Source: Patescibacteria group bacterium | GTDB taxonomy: Bacteria > Patescibacteriota > Patescibacteriia > UBA9934 | Assembly (NCBI GenBank): GCA_041659765.1 | Contig: JBAZXR010000001.1 | Coordinates: forward strand, 108,537-172,536 | Direction of reading: 5' to 3' | DNA: 64,000 nt | In this document: piece by piece, positions 16,680 through 25,477 of the stretch | Numbering within the stretch: position 1 is the stretch's first letter | How the letters are laid out: the number at the start of each line of letters is the position of its first letter | The notes under the pieces: model-generated | Seen by the model: the letters and a program-made list of their open reading frames with translations, nothing else | Told to the model about the DNA's origin: nothing | The model's database searches: none | Program-made: the position numbers and the translations under genes

Positions 16680-18050
16680 CTAGTAGGTGGTGTGTGACTT
16701 ACGACCCGCATCAATGCGGATTCTGATGGGTGTGCCAGTGAACTCGTAGTGCTCACGCATGACATTCTCTAGGAAACGAATATAGGAATCGGCTAGCGAG
16801 TCTTTTCTTGAAAGGTTCACGGACAGCACAAAACGCGGCGGGTTTACGCCCACCTGAACAAATTTTTCAATCTTTGGATGTTTGACTCCCTTGCCCTTTA
16901 CTGGGCGGTGGCGTGAAATTGCTTGAGACATGAACTTTTTAGCTTCGTCATCGGATAGTTCTGTGAAGCGGCTCTTGAAGACACCGTCAATCATCGGAAA
17001 AACCTTCTTGGCTCGCTGGCCAGTTAAGGCTGAAGTAAAGAGAATGGGGGCGTACTTGAGCTGGGGCAGCCAACCGCGGACTTGAGCTTCGAAATCATTA
17101 ACAGAGTTTGTTCCCTTGTTCTCGTAGAGATCCCACTTGTTTACCACGATGACCGTAGAGACGCCCGATTCCGCGAGTACGCCCGCTAGATGTTTGTCTT
17201 GTCCGGTAATCCCTCGGGTTACGTCAATAACAAACAGCGCAACTTCAATACGGCGGAGAATATCCAGCGTCTTTTCTACCCCCTGTGCCTCGAGCTTAGT
17301 GCCGGATCGGACCATGGCGGCATGCTTGCGAATGCCGGCGGTATCAATAAAAATGTAAGTTTTTCCGTCGAACTCAACTGTTGCATCGTTTGGTTCGCGG
17401 GTGGTGTGCGGGAGGTCTGCGGCGATGAATCTTTTCTCTCCGAGAATAGCATTTAAGAGAGTGGATTTGCCGACGTTTGGTTCGCCAAGAACGGCGACGC
17501 GCATGGGTAGAACCTCTGTGATTTCGGCTGGAGCCTTGCCGGTCTTCTCAAGCGCCACGTAGATTTCGTCTAGGAGATCGCCTACGCCTGTTCCTTGTTT
17601 GGCAGAAATGGCTAATGGTTTATTGAGTGGCCAGTTGGCCCACTCTTCAGAATTTGGCTTGGCGCGAATGGCCGCTGAGTCTGCCTTGTTGCCCACTACG
17701 ATGACCGGCTTTTTTCCTGCTACGAGTTCTTTGGCGATGGTTAGATCGTCTGCTGTACAGCCAATTGTAAGATCAACAACCAGTAGAATGACATCGGCTT
17801 GCTTCATTGCTTCCCGCGATTGATCGATGACGTTCTTTTCGATTTCATCCGCTTTGTTCACATCGAGTCCACCAGTGTCGACCACTGTAACTACGTGTCC
17901 GCGCCACAGGCAGGGTGCTTCAAAACGGTCGCGGGTGGTGCCAGCAACATCCGAAACTAGAGACTTTTCTTCTTCAACGAGTTTGTTAAAAAGAGAAGAT
18001 TTGCCAACGTTCGTTCGCCCAATTAGAGCGACTTTCGGTGGTTTGACCAT
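16680..18050 (-). CDS. der: Ribosome-associated GTPase Der/EngA (tandem GTPase domains + KH-like domain)
   Basis: Two G-domains (GRTNVGKSSLFN and GEPNVGKSTLLN) and a C-terminal KH-like domain. Confidence 0.9.
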   Translation of the reverse strand: MVKPPKVALIGRTNVGKSSLFNKLVEEEKSLVSDVAGTTRDRFEAPCLWRGHVVTVVDTGGLDVNKADEIEKNVIDQSREAMKQADVILLVVDLTIGCTADDLTIAKELVAGKKPVIVVGNKADSAAIRAKPNSEEWANWPLNKPLAISAKQGTGVGDLLDEIYVALEKTGKAPAEITEVLPMRVAVLGEPNVGKSTLLNAILGEKRFIAADLPHTTREPNDATVEFDGKTYIFIDTAGIRKHAAMVRSGTKLEAQGVEKTLDILRRIEVALFVIDVTRGITGQDKHLAGVLAESGVSTVIVVNKWDLYENKGTNSVNDFEAQVRGWLPQLKYAPILFTSALTGQRAKKVFPMIDGVFKSRFTELSDDEAKKFMSQAISRHRPVKGKGVKHPKIEKFVQVGVNPPRFVLSVNLSRKDSLADSYIRFLENVMREHYEFTGTPIRIRIDAGRKSHTTY

Positions 18051-18060
18051 ACTTGTGGGG

Positions 18061-19563
18061 TTATCTGAAGGAGAGTGACGTCGAATCCTGCCCTAAGACC
18101 ACCAGAAAGTCAATTGGACTCGCGCTTTTTTTTATCGCTTCGAGGGCTGTCTTTTCCATGACGGCATCCGGGATGACATCATGGGTTTTCATGGAACCAA
18201 GTTTGGTCATGACCACGGCAGCTTTTAAATAGCTCTTCAGGGCGGATAATTCCGCGCCTTTAGTGCCGTCAGTGAAATCGTAGATGGTAGTTTTGGCCGT
18301 GTCACGCTTTTCAGCGTTGGTAACTAGCGAAACGGTGAAGCCTGAGGATTGCAGGAGCTGAGCGGTGTCTCCGCCCAGTCCGGTGGTCAGTGTTCCGTTT
18401 TGAATCTCAATAGTTAATGACTCTGTGGGGGCTTGACCTGGGGAAGGGAGAGGCGTTCGAGTACCGGGAATGTCATGCGCGTAGATATTTGTGGCGAGCG
18501 ATTTTAAATCGCTCCAGTCTTCCTCGTACGGCAATAGTACGTATGCGCCGTTGATGTTTGTCTCATAGAGCAAGCCGCCGGTGGCGTCAAGCACGTGGAG
18601 AGAGATTCTCTCGGTTGAAATGTCCGGGATATATTTGGCAAATTTAATCATCTCAAAAGCGCTCATGTTCGTTTGAACATTTTTCTGGATGATGGCCATG
18701 ATCCGTGAGAGTTTAGTGGGATTCAAGATGACGTCCATGCTGAGCGCGCGTTCTTTGAGTGCTAGGAGAATCTTTTGTTGCCGAGCTGCTCGAGCGAAGT
18801 CCGTACCCTCTCCGCTGCCGCCGTGGCGGGAGCGCGCGTATTCCAAAGCGAGAGCGCCATCCATGTGCGTCCAGCCTTTTACGAAAGCCACGGTCTTCAC
18901 ACTGCCCAAGTCATCGTCAACGGGATAGGTGCTGTCCGTAAAGCTTCGGTCCACATAAACATCTACTCCGCCCAAGGCGTCAATTACATCGGCGAAACCG
19001 TGAAAGTCGATTTTGACACTGTAGGGAGCTGGCTGTCCTAAGATGCCGCTGACTATTTTGGCGGACGCATCCCGACCAGTGCCGGATTTCTCTTGTTCTG
19101 CGAGTGCGTTGACGGCGTTGATTTTGCGGTAGCCCTGGCCAGGTACAAAGACCGTGAGGTCTCGGGGAATGGAGATGAGTCCCAGCTCCTTGGTGCTTGG
19201 CCGGTAACTCCCAAAAATCATAGTATCAGTAAGCTCTGCGCCGTCATGTCCAGCTCCGCCAATGCCTAGAAGTAGGATATTTACGCGGTCTTCGGTTTCA
19301 CCTGAAATAGCCTTTTCACCGGACCGGACGAGACGGGCGAGTGTGTCAAAGATGGAGAGCGGGGCGCCGTCCTCGTAGTTAGTGCTTTTGGCGATGCCGG
19401 CAAATAACAGGAAACCTCCTACCCCTATAATGCAAGCACCAAAAAAGAACAGCTGAAAAATGGACTGAGATTTTTGTTGTTTTCTAACGGGCAGCGCCTC
19501 GGCCTGAGCTGAGACCAGCAGTTCGTCTGAAGGATGAAGAAGATCCATGGGTTTGTGATCCAT
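18061..19563 (-). CDS. LytR-CpsA-Psr (LCP) family cell-envelope phosphotransferase
   Basis: LCP core (NILLLGIGGAGHDGAELTDTMIF ... ISIPRDL) after an N-terminal TM helix. Start chosen at ATG 19563 (MDHKPMDL); the track ORF extends to 19647, abutting tRNA-Val. Confidence 0.75.
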   Translation of the reverse strand: MDHKPMDLLHPSDELLVSAQAEALPVRKQQKSQSIFQLFFFGACIIGVGGFLLFAGIAKSTNYEDGAPLSIFDTLARLVRSGEKAISGETEDRVNILLLGIGGAGHDGAELTDTMIFGSYRPSTKELGLISIPRDLTVFVPGQGYRKINAVNALAEQEKSGTGRDASAKIVSGILGQPAPYSVKIDFHGFADVIDALGGVDVYVDRSFTDSTYPVDDDLGSVKTVAFVKGWTHMDGALALEYARSRHGGSGEGTDFARAARQQKILLALKERALSMDVILNPTKLSRIMAIIQKNVQTNMSAFEMIKFAKYIPDISTERISLHVLDATGGLLYETNINGAYVLLPYEEDWSDLKSLATNIYAHDIPGTRTPLPSPGQAPTESLTIEIQNGTLTTGLGGDTAQLLQSSGFTVSLVTNAEKRDTAKTTIYDFTDGTKGAELSALKSYLKAAVVMTKLGSMKTHDVIPDAVMEKTALEAIKKSASPIDFLVVLGQDSTSLSFR

Positions 19564-19649
19564 AGCGGTAGCAATGAGTATAGCTTGCTTTTTATGTCTT
19601 GAGAAGGACTCTCGACAAGCGTGAAAAATTACGATAAACTGCCACACGC

Positions 19650-19726
19650 GGATGTTTAGCTCAGCTGGTTAGAGCGCTGTACTCACACTGCAGAGGTCGC
19701 AGGTTCGAGTCCTGCAACATCCACCA
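19650..19726 (+). tRNA. tRNA-Val (anticodon CAC)
   Basis: Cloverleaf with GGATGTT/AACATCC acceptor, anticodon loop CTCACAC, T-loop TTCGAGT and an encoded CCA. Confidence 0.85.
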
Positions 19727-19809
19727 CTTGATTCGCTACGCTCGCTCATGGTCTTTGACCATAAATGTCGGAGCTACGAGTTGACTGCTCGTGCTATTAT
19801 TCGCTTACT

Positions 19810-20424
19810 ATGCTGTTTAGAAAAAGATCGGAGCCGGTTGGTCCGAGCACCCTCGAAAGAATGTTTGGTCCAACAGTGGGTGCGGTTGGTAATTTTTTTC
19901 TAGAGATCGCCCAGATTGCCATCTTGGCTTTGGTCATTATTCTTATCACTCGGCATTTTCTCATTTTGCCTTTTATTGTGAAAGGTGCGTCCATGGAGCC
20001 GAATTTTCATGACAATGAATATTTGATTGTGGACGAGGTGACTTATCGGTTTCGCGCGCCTGAACGTGGCGAGATAGTCGTGTTTCATCCGCCCGAAAAC
20101 GAGGGTCAGTATTACATCAAGAGAATTATCGGCTTGCCAAAAGAACGGGTTGAAGTTAAGAACGGCAAGATAACTATCTATAATGATAAGTATCCGTCCG
20201 GAATTGTTTTACCGGAGGAGTACTTGACGGAAACCACGACCGGTAGCGATAGTGTGACGCTTGGGCCGGACCAGTACTATGTAATGGGAGATAACCGCAA
20301 CGCTAGTCTTGACTCCAGATCGTTTGGTTATGTGCCCAAGGATCATATTATTGGCCGAGTGTGGATCCGTGGTTTGCCACTTGAGAAAGCAGGAACTTTC
20401 ATGACCCCGGTTTATCAGTATTAA
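19810..20424 (+). CDS. lepB: Signal peptidase I
   Basis: Catalytic Ser box (KGASMEPN), Lys box (YIKRIIGLP) and GDNR motif. The start is ambiguous (ATG 19765, 19810 or 19861). Confidence 0.85.
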   Translation: MLFRKRSEPVGPSTLERMFGPTVGAVGNFFLEIAQIAILALVIILITRHFLILPFIVKGASMEPNFHDNEYLIVDEVTYRFRAPERGEIVVFHPPENEGQYYIKRIIGLPKERVEVKNGKITIYNDKYPSGIVLPEEYLTETTTGSDSVTLGPDQYYVMGDNRNASLDSRSFGYVPKDHIIGRVWIRGLPLEKAGTFMTPVYQY

Positions 20425-20438
20425 CCATCTTCTTCCCT

Positions 20439-21824
20439 ATGCCGTCTAAACCGACTTCCGCCCCGAAAGTTGAAAAACCTGTTGCTCCGGTTACCAGCGC
20501 CAAGAAAGCGAAAGTACCTGAAACATTGCGCGGCTTCCGAGATATACTCCCGGAAGAGCAGGCTGCTTGGGATAAAATGGATGCGGTCATGCAATCCCTT
20601 TCTAGGGCCTATGGTTTTGGGCGTATTCGCCTGCCGGTAGCTGAACAAACAGCACTTTTTGAGCGAGGGGTTGGTAAGGATACGGATGTGGTAGAGAAAG
20701 AGATGTTTACGTTTACTGATCAGGGCGGCGTGCGCATGACCATGCGTCCAGAAGGCACGGCCCAGATTGCCCGCGCCTACATTGAGCACGGTATGTTGAA
20801 CCAACCGCAACCGGTGAAGCTGTGGTATGCGGAACAGTTTTTCCGCCACGAACGTCCGCAGGCTGGCCGCTACCGCCAATTCTGGCAGTTCGGTTTGGAA
20901 TCTATTGGTTCTGATGATCCGGTGCTTGATGCACAGATCATCCTCATGTGCGAGCGTTTTTGTCGGGATATGGGGCTCGATGTCACCATTCAGGTGAACT
21001 CGCTTGGTACGCCAGTTTCTCGCCGTTCTTATGTGGCGGAGTTGGTAAAGTTTTTTAAAGCGAACAAGAAGAAGTTGTCCGAAACTGATCAGAAGCGTTT
21101 GGCGAAGAATCCGCTTCGCTTGCTCGATTCGAAGGAGCCGGGCATGGAAGAATTGAAGGCGGAAGCTCCTCAGATTATTGACTACCTTGATGATGAATCC
21201 AAGCAGCACTTTATGAAAGTGCTTGAGTACCTTGATGAGGCTGAGGTGCAGTACACCTTAAACCCGTACTTGGTACGCGGACTCGACTATTACACGAAGA
21301 CTGTGTTTGAGGTTGTACTTACTAACCCAACTGCCGAAGAGGGCGCGCAGAGCTCACTCGGTGGAGGCGGACGGTATGATGGGTTGATCCCACTTTTTGG
21401 CGGACGCGAAGGCACGAGTGCGGTAGGTGCAGCAATTGGACTGGAACGGGTGCTCATGGCGGCACGTGCCGCGGGGAAACTTCCTGATCCTCGCCGTCGG
21501 TCGGAAGTATTTTTCTGCCAGTTGGGCGAAGCTGCCCGCCGCAAGGGTCTTAAGACATTCGAAAAGTTCCGCGAGGCCGGAATCGATGTAGCTGAAGCAT
21601 TCTCGAAGTCGAACCTAAAGGCACAGCTTGAAATCGCTGATAAGGTAAAAGCGCCTATTGCGGTCATCCTTGGCCAGAAAGAAGTGCTTGATGGCACGAT
21701 CATTATCCGTGACATGGAATCCGGCGCGCAGGAGATTGTGGACGTAGAAAAGGTGGTGAGTATTGTGGCGAAACGGCTCATGGAGCTTAAGGCCAAGGCT
21801 CTCGCGAAAGCAGAGGTTAAGTAA
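20439..21824 (+). CDS. hisS: Histidyl-tRNA synthetase
   Basis: Class II motifs with HisRS-specific regions (GGRYDGL), 461 aa. Confidence 0.9.
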   Translation: MPSKPTSAPKVEKPVAPVTSAKKAKVPETLRGFRDILPEEQAAWDKMDAVMQSLSRAYGFGRIRLPVAEQTALFERGVGKDTDVVEKEMFTFTDQGGVRMTMRPEGTAQIARAYIEHGMLNQPQPVKLWYAEQFFRHERPQAGRYRQFWQFGLESIGSDDPVLDAQIILMCERFCRDMGLDVTIQVNSLGTPVSRRSYVAELVKFFKANKKKLSETDQKRLAKNPLRLLDSKEPGMEELKAEAPQIIDYLDDESKQHFMKVLEYLDEAEVQYTLNPYLVRGLDYYTKTVFEVVLTNPTAEEGAQSSLGGGGRYDGLIPLFGGREGTSAVGAAIGLERVLMAARAAGKLPDPRRRSEVFFCQLGEAARRKGLKTFEKFREAGIDVAEAFSKSNLKAQLEIADKVKAPIAVILGQKEVLDGTIIIRDMESGAQEIVDVEKVVSIVAKRLMELKAKALAKAEVK

Positions 21825-21888
21825 TTTGCCATGTTTGGGGCCTTGTGCTAACCTTCCGCCAACCTTGAAAGGAAGGTCAAAATATATT

Positions 21889-22149
21889 GTGGCATCATCT
21901 ATAGAAGTCAAACGAAAGAAAGGGGAGAGCTTTGAAGCGGTTTTTCGCCGTTTCTCCCGCCGTCTCCAACAGAGCGGTAAAGTATTAGACGTCCGCGCCG
22001 GCCGCTTCTTTGAGAAAACTCCAAAGAAGAACCGCGTGCACGGTTCCGCACTCCGCCGTCTTGAAATGGGCGAGAGACGCGAATTCCTTCTCAAAACAGG
22101 CAAGATTAAAGAAGAAGATCTCCGCGCTAAAAAGCACGGAAGTCGGTAG
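21889..22149 (+). CDS. rpsU: 30S ribosomal protein S21
   Basis: SIEVKRKKGESFEAVFRRFSRR matches the S21 N-terminus. A GTG start at 21889 is preceded by AAGGAAGG; the track ORF is an upstream extension. Confidence 0.8.
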   Translation: MASSIEVKRKKGESFEAVFRRFSRRLQQSGKVLDVRAGRFFEKTPKKNRVHGSALRRLEMGERREFLLKTGKIKEEDLRAKKHGSR

Positions 22150-22156
22150 GCATAAA

Positions 22157-22177
22157 GGAGCCGCAAGGCTCTTTTGT
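22157..22177 (+). terminator. Rho-independent terminator of rpsU (gagcc gcaa ggctc + T-run)
   Basis: 5-bp stem with a tetraloop and T4 just after the stop. Confidence 0.5.
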
Positions 22178-22194
22178 GTTAATATACCCATCAT

Positions 22195-22641
22195 ATGAAA
22201 CTCATCGACAAACTCTCAGAAGACATGAAGGCGGCCATGAAGGGGAAGGACGTGAAAACGCTTGAGGTTCTGCGTATGGTCATTTCCTCTATTCGCAACA
22301 AGGCGATCGAACTCAACAAGGAGCTTGAGGATGCCGAAGTTATTGCGGTTATTAAGAGTGATGCGAAGAAGATCAGGGACGCCATGGAGACGTTTGCGCA
22401 AAATGCTCGACAAGATTTGGCTGACGAAGCGAAACGCGAAATTGCAATTCTTGAAACATACTTGCCGGAACAGATGCCGGATGCTGAGCTTGAAGCAAAG
22501 GTGAAGGCGAAGATTGAAGAGTTGGGTGCTAAGGCATCGAGTGAAGTTGGAAAAGTTGTCGGCGCGCTCGCAAAAGAATTGAAGGGATTGGTTGACGGCT
22601 CCCGGATTAAAGAAAAAGTAGAAAAGTTTTTGAATGAGTAA
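22195..22641 (+). CDS. GatB/YqeY domain protein
   Basis: 148 aa matching the YqeY family N-terminus (LSEDMKAAMKGKD...LRMV). Confidence 0.75.
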   Translation: MKLIDKLSEDMKAAMKGKDVKTLEVLRMVISSIRNKAIELNKELEDAEVIAVIKSDAKKIRDAMETFAQNARQDLADEAKREIAILETYLPEQMPDAELEAKVKAKIEELGAKASSEVGKVVGALAKELKGLVDGSRIKEKVEKFLNE

Positions 22642-23719
22642 TCCTGCCGGGGCGTACAAGGCAATTTTAGCCGACGTAGTTCATTTTTCGGTCACTAAAG
22701 CGGAAGCGCTGGAACGGATGGCCGAGCTTGAAGCTCTGACGCAAACATACGGTGGTATTGCGGTGGTTAAAGCTATTCAGCGCCGGGACAAGCCGGATTT
22801 TCAAACCTTTATTGGTAGTGGAAAATTGGAGGAGATAATTGCTGAGGCCAAGGACACTGGGGCGAACGTACTTATAGTGAATGACATTCTAAAACCCGGT
22901 CAGCTGTTCAGGCTCGAAGAAGCGCTTGAGCCCGTAAAGATGAAAGTCTGGGATAGAGTTGATCTCATTTTGCATATCTTTGACCGTCATGCCACGAGTG
23001 CGGAGGCGAAGCTCGAGATCGAATTGGCTCGCTTGCGCCATATTGGCCCGCGTATTTACAACATGGGGGCGCAGTTGGGCAAGCAGGGTGGAGGAACGGG
23101 CGTCCGCGGAGGTGCCGGCGAAAGTAACACGGAAAAGATGAAGCGCCATATTAAGGAGCGCGAGCGGGCGATTGTGAAGAAGCTCGAGGGTTATGAGAGC
23201 GGTCGAGCAGAACACCGGAAAAGCCGGGTACGGGCGGGTTTTAAGACGGTGGCGTTGGTCGGCTATACAAATGCTGGAAAGACGGCGCTGTTAAACGTGC
23301 TGACTAAGCGTAAAGAGATTTCTGCAAACAAACTATTCGCGACGCTTGATACTCGCGTCGGCGAGATATATCTGCCTGAGCTCGGAGCCTCGGCGCTCTT
23401 GTCTGACACTATTGGTTTTATCCGCGATCTTCCGCCTTCGCTCATTAAGGCCTTCCGCTCTACTTTGTCTGAGGCAGTTCATGCTGACCTTCTTTTGCAT
23501 GTTATTGACTCCGCAGACCCGAAGCTTGATCTCAAGCGCGCGGTGGTTGAAAACATCTTGGCGTCTCTTGGGCTGGCTGATCGCCCGACCATTTTGGTTT
23601 ACAACAAGTGTGATTTATTGCCTAAAAATTTGAAAAGAGAAGATGGGATTTGTGTTTCAGCGGTCACGAAAGACGGTCTACCCACACTTAAGGAAAAAAT
23701 TGCAGCCATGCTTCGATAG
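22634..23719 (+). CDS. hflX: GTPase HflX
   Basis: HflX N-domain and G-domain (GYTNAGKTALLN, DTIGFI). Confidence 0.85.
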   Translation: MSNPAGAYKAILADVVHFSVTKAEALERMAELEALTQTYGGIAVVKAIQRRDKPDFQTFIGSGKLEEIIAEAKDTGANVLIVNDILKPGQLFRLEEALEPVKMKVWDRVDLILHIFDRHATSAEAKLEIELARLRHIGPRIYNMGAQLGKQGGGTGVRGGAGESNTEKMKRHIKERERAIVKKLEGYESGRAEHRKSRVRAGFKTVALVGYTNAGKTALLNVLTKRKEISANKLFATLDTRVGEIYLPELGASALLSDTIGFIRDLPPSLIKAFRSTLSEAVHADLLLHVIDSADPKLDLKRAVVENILASLGLADRPTILVYNKCDLLPKNLKREDGICVSAVTKDGLPTLKEKIAAMLR

Positions 23720-23746
23720 TTCGTGGTAAAATGTGTGGGAGTTATG

Positions 23747-25471
23747 CTAAGCCGTTGGGCTCAGAATACGTTTGCAGTAATCCTTGTTATGGCAGGGGGC
23801 TTTTTATTTTCTGCGCCACAGGTTTTCGCTCAAGCTGATCAAACGGCTCAGGTGGCTGCTACGGCCGGGTTTGGGACAGCTGATCTACCGACTATTATTG
23901 GCCAGATCATCAGTGTTTTTCTGGGACTACTTGGCGTAGTTTTTCTGGTCCTGACTATTTACGCCGGCACCATGTGGATGACGGCCGCCGGTGATCCTAA
24001 GAAAGTTGAGAAGGCTAAGAATATTTTGATTCAGGCGGCCGTTGGGTTATTAATTACGATCAGTGCTTACGGAATCACCACCTTTATAGTCAATGCGATT
24101 ACGGGCGGAACTGGCGGCGGTGGGGGCGGGACAGGCGGTGGAAGTAATGGCGGAGTCTCGGTCGAGAGCCTGTCTGGTGCTTTGGGCGCCGGACCAATTC
24201 GCGACCATTACCCAACCAGAAATCAGACTGATGTGGCCCGGAACGCTAAAATAATGATTACGTTTAAGGAGGCCATTGACCCGGCCTCGGTGACGGTTAA
24301 TTCCGTGAAGATTTTCCCTGCCTCCACGGGTGTTACTGGTGCGCTCACGGACACGGTTATTAACTTTACAGACGATCACAAGACTTTTGTCTTTAGGCCG
24401 GCCGCCTATTTGGGCTCGCCGACCGCTAAGGTCCAGTACACCGTCCAATTAACTACTGACATTAAAAATGCCGGTGGTGCCAAGCTGTTCTCCGGCTCAT
24501 ACAGCAGTGGGTATAAGTGGTCATTTGAAACTGGCACGGTGCTTGATCTGACGCCGCCGACAATTGTGTCCGTTACTCCTGCTAACTCTGGCGCCTATGC
24601 TCGGAACATCGTAGTGCAGGCTACTTTTTCCGAACCGGTTGACCCAACTTCTGCTTCGGGCGTCCGAACATCTTCCGGAGGTTTCTCGAACATTGGGATT
24701 ACAAGTAATGCGACTGTGCAGGTGCCTGGCGAATATCAGATTTCCAATGGCTATACTTCTGTAACCTTCATCTCGGCTGAGCCTTGTGGCACTAACTCTT
24801 GCGGAGAAAAGATTGTCTGCTTGCCGGCTAGCAGCAGTTTGAATGTCACCGTTAAGGGTGCAAGTACTACGGCTAATCCTCCGCAGGCAGATACCTTTCC
24901 GTATGACGGTGTGGTAGACATGGCCGGTAATTCTTTTGATGGCAACCACGACGGCACGGCTGGAGACTTTTTTGGCTGGAGTTTTACGACCACCGGGGAT
25001 ATCGCGCTCGCGGGGCCAAAGATTGTGTCTGTTTCGCCGAATATTTCCGAAGAAGATGTGCCGCTTGATCAGCCGGTCACGATTACGTTTGGCGATGTCC
25101 TGATGACCTCTAGCGTTTCTCAAGACACAGTCCAGTTATCTAATAAAGAACAGGTGTCTGGCATTTCTCATGAAATGTGGTTTTCGCCGAGCACCTCCTA
25201 TTTGACGAGCGATGATCAGGTGGTGACTTCGGCTGCTCAGATTCCGGCCAAGACGGTGGTTGAAGTGACTCACGGAACGTTCTTGCAGTCGGTGGACGGC
25301 AAGTCATATTTGTATGGCTCGACAGTCACGAGTGGTTTGTTGAACCAGTATCAAAATTGTTATGTGCCCGGAGCGGGACCTGATGCGGTTGGCGGATTGT
25401 GCGGTGTGTCGGCCGCAGAGCCGTACTGCTGCAACGGTATCCCATCTTCCTCGGCTTGCATCCTCTTCTAA
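23747..25471 (+). CDS. Secreted surface protein with a TrbC/VirB2-like two-helix N-terminal anchor, Gly-rich linker and Ig-like (Big) domains
   Basis: Signal peptide, then two hydrophobic helices separated by GDPKKVEKAKN (VirB2/TrbC pilin-like), a G-rich stretch and beta-rich repeats. A TGnTAAAAT -10 precedes it and its stop abuts the giant gene. The track start at 23723 is possible. Confidence 0.65.
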   Translation, partial: LSRWAQNTFAVILVMAGGFLFSAPQVFAQADQTAQVAATAGFGTADLPTIIGQIISVFLGLLGVVFLVLTIYAGTMWMTAAGDPKKVEKAKNILIQAAVGLLITISAYGITTFIVNAITGGTGGGGGGTGGGSNGGVSVESLSGALGAGPIRDHYPTRNQTDVARNAKIMITFKEAIDPASVTVNSVKIFPASTGVTGALTDTVINFTDDHKTFVFRPAAYLGSPTAKVQYTVQLTTDIKNAGGAKLFSGSYSSGYKWSFETGTVLDLTPPTIVSVTPANSGAYARNIVVQATFSEPVDPTSASGVRTSSGGFSNIGITSNATVQVPGEYQISNGYTSVTFISAEPCGTNSCGEKIVCLPASSSLNVTVKGASTTANPPQADTFPYDGVVDMAGNSFDGNHDGTAGDFFGWSFTTTGDIALAGPKIVSVSPNISEEDVPLDQPVTITFGDVLMTSSVSQDTVQLSNKEQVSGISHEMWFSPSTSYLTSDDQVVTSAAQIPAKTVVEVTHGTFLQSVDGKSYLYGSTVTSGLLNQYQNCYVPGAGPDAVGGLCGVSAAEPYCCNGIPSSSACILF

Positions 25472-25477
25472 AACATT